Of a stretch of 64,000 nt of DNA, positions 63,171 through 64,000 are shown one piece after another (position 1 is the first letter of the stretch; each line of letters starts with the position of its first letter). Both the position numbers and the translations under genes were made by a program. This stretch comes from Thainema sp. (lineage in GTDB: Bacteria; Cyanobacteriota; Cyanobacteriia; Phormidesmidales; Phormidesmidaceae), in contig JBQLZK010000023.1 in assembly GCA_052168235.1 (NCBI GenBank), positions 1 to 64,000 on the forward strand. The letters run 5' to 3'. The notes under the pieces were generated by a model, which was not told the DNA's origin, made no database searches, and saw nothing but the letters and a program-made list of their open reading frames with translations.

Positions 63171-64000
63171 ATGACTCTTGACTGTAGTCCCAGCACAAAA
63201 CCAGCCAAAATTTTGGTGGTTGATGACACCCCGGCTAATGTGCGGTTATTGGCTGAGATTCTGTTGAGTGAGGGCTACCAGGTTCTGGAAGCCTACAATG
63301 GTGAAACTGTACTTGTGATGCTAGAGGAGTATCAGCCTGATCTGATTTTGCTAGACATTATGATGCCGGGGCTAAGCGGCTTTGATGTCTGTGAGCGACT
63401 AAAGCAAAATCCTCAGAGCGCCCAGATCCCGATTATTTTTATCAGTGCGCTGCATGAAGTTTTCGATAAAGTAAAAGCATTTAATGCGGGTGGTGCAGAT
63501 TACATCACGAAGCCCTTCGAAATTCCAGAGGTACTGACTCGAATTGAGCATCAGCTGGCGCTGTATGAGGCACGGCAGCAGATTCAACAGCTCAATGCTG
63601 AGTTAGAAAGTCGAGTTGAAGAGCGTACTCAGCAGCTTCAGCAGGCTGTCGTGCGCTTGGAGACGGAGATTGAAGAGCGCCAGCGCATTCAAGACCAGCT
63701 GAAAGCGATGACGCTGCAAGATGCTCTAACGGGTCTGCCCAACCGAAATCAGCTGATGCAGCGATTGCAGGAAGTACTGAATCAGCGAAAACCACGGGTC
63801 GATGCGGAATTAGAAACATTTGCAGTTTTATTCTTGGATTGCGATCGCTTTAAAGTGGTCAATGATTCACTGGGGCATTTGGTGGGAGATGAACTGCTCG
63901 TCCATCTCTCTCGTCGTTTGACTCAAACCGTGCCTGCGCCTAATTTGGTTGCTAGATTGGGCGGTGATGAATTTGCGGTTTTATTGACTGATTTGTCAAT
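63171..64000 (+). CDS. REC-GGDEF diguanylate cyclase-type protein (truncated by window end)
   Basis: Own translation from ATG 63171: KILVVDDTPAN, LLDIMMP, DYITKPF, DALTGLPNR, LDCDRFKVVNDSLGH, ARLGGDEF; not in the ORF track. Confidence 0.92.
   Translation, partial: MTLDCSPSTKPAKILVVDDTPANVRLLAEILLSEGYQVLEAYNGETVLVMLEEYQPDLILLDIMMPGLSGFDVCERLKQNPQSAQIPIIFISALHEVFDKVKAFNAGGADYITKPFEIPEVLTRIEHQLALYEARQQIQQLNAELESRVEERTQQLQQAVVRLETEIEERQRIQDQLKAMTLQDALTGLPNRNQLMQRLQEVLNQRKPRVDAELETFAVLFLDCDRFKVVNDSLGHLVGDELLVHLSRRLTQTVPAPNLVARLGGDEFAVLLTDLS

Overview
Cyanobacterial chromosomal window, probably from a filamentous Leptolyngbya-like organism. Evidence: very frequent HIP1 GCGATCGC (mostly as TGCGATCGCA), plus psb30, gun4, a cyanobacteriochrome and 7-8-nt tandem repeats. 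Most genes are housekeeping or signalling (surE, ftsH, rsmH, hisZ, pyrD, malic enzyme, tyrA, crtE, folD, several sensor kinases). Two accessory loci stand out. (1) 5.3-12.6 kb: an HTH-TIR-AAA_35 gene, then an AAA_35 gene fused to two CyaB2-type (cAMP-binding) tandem-GAF modules with no catalytic output. Both are divergent from a PDE-like HD-domain gene across an AT-rich spacer that holds a near-consensus CRP box. This is a candidate cAMP-controlled TIR/ATPase system. (2) 31.3-36.0 kb: an operon of a tail-anchored double globin, two multiheme c-type cytochromes (5 and 6 heme motifs), a DUF3365 heme lipoprotein, a 4-His membrane protein and a thioredoxin. It lies downstream of a perfect GTA-N8-TAC (NtcA-type) palindrome and is a candidate trans-membrane NO/N-oxide redox system. 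Also present are two MITE-like families (one 86-bp family with 5-bp target duplications, one copy nested in the other family) and several long perfect palindromes. psb30 and a truncated REC-GGDEF gene are absent from the ORF track. No rRNA, tRNA, CRISPR array or transposase was seen. Family assignments come from motif recognition, not database searches.
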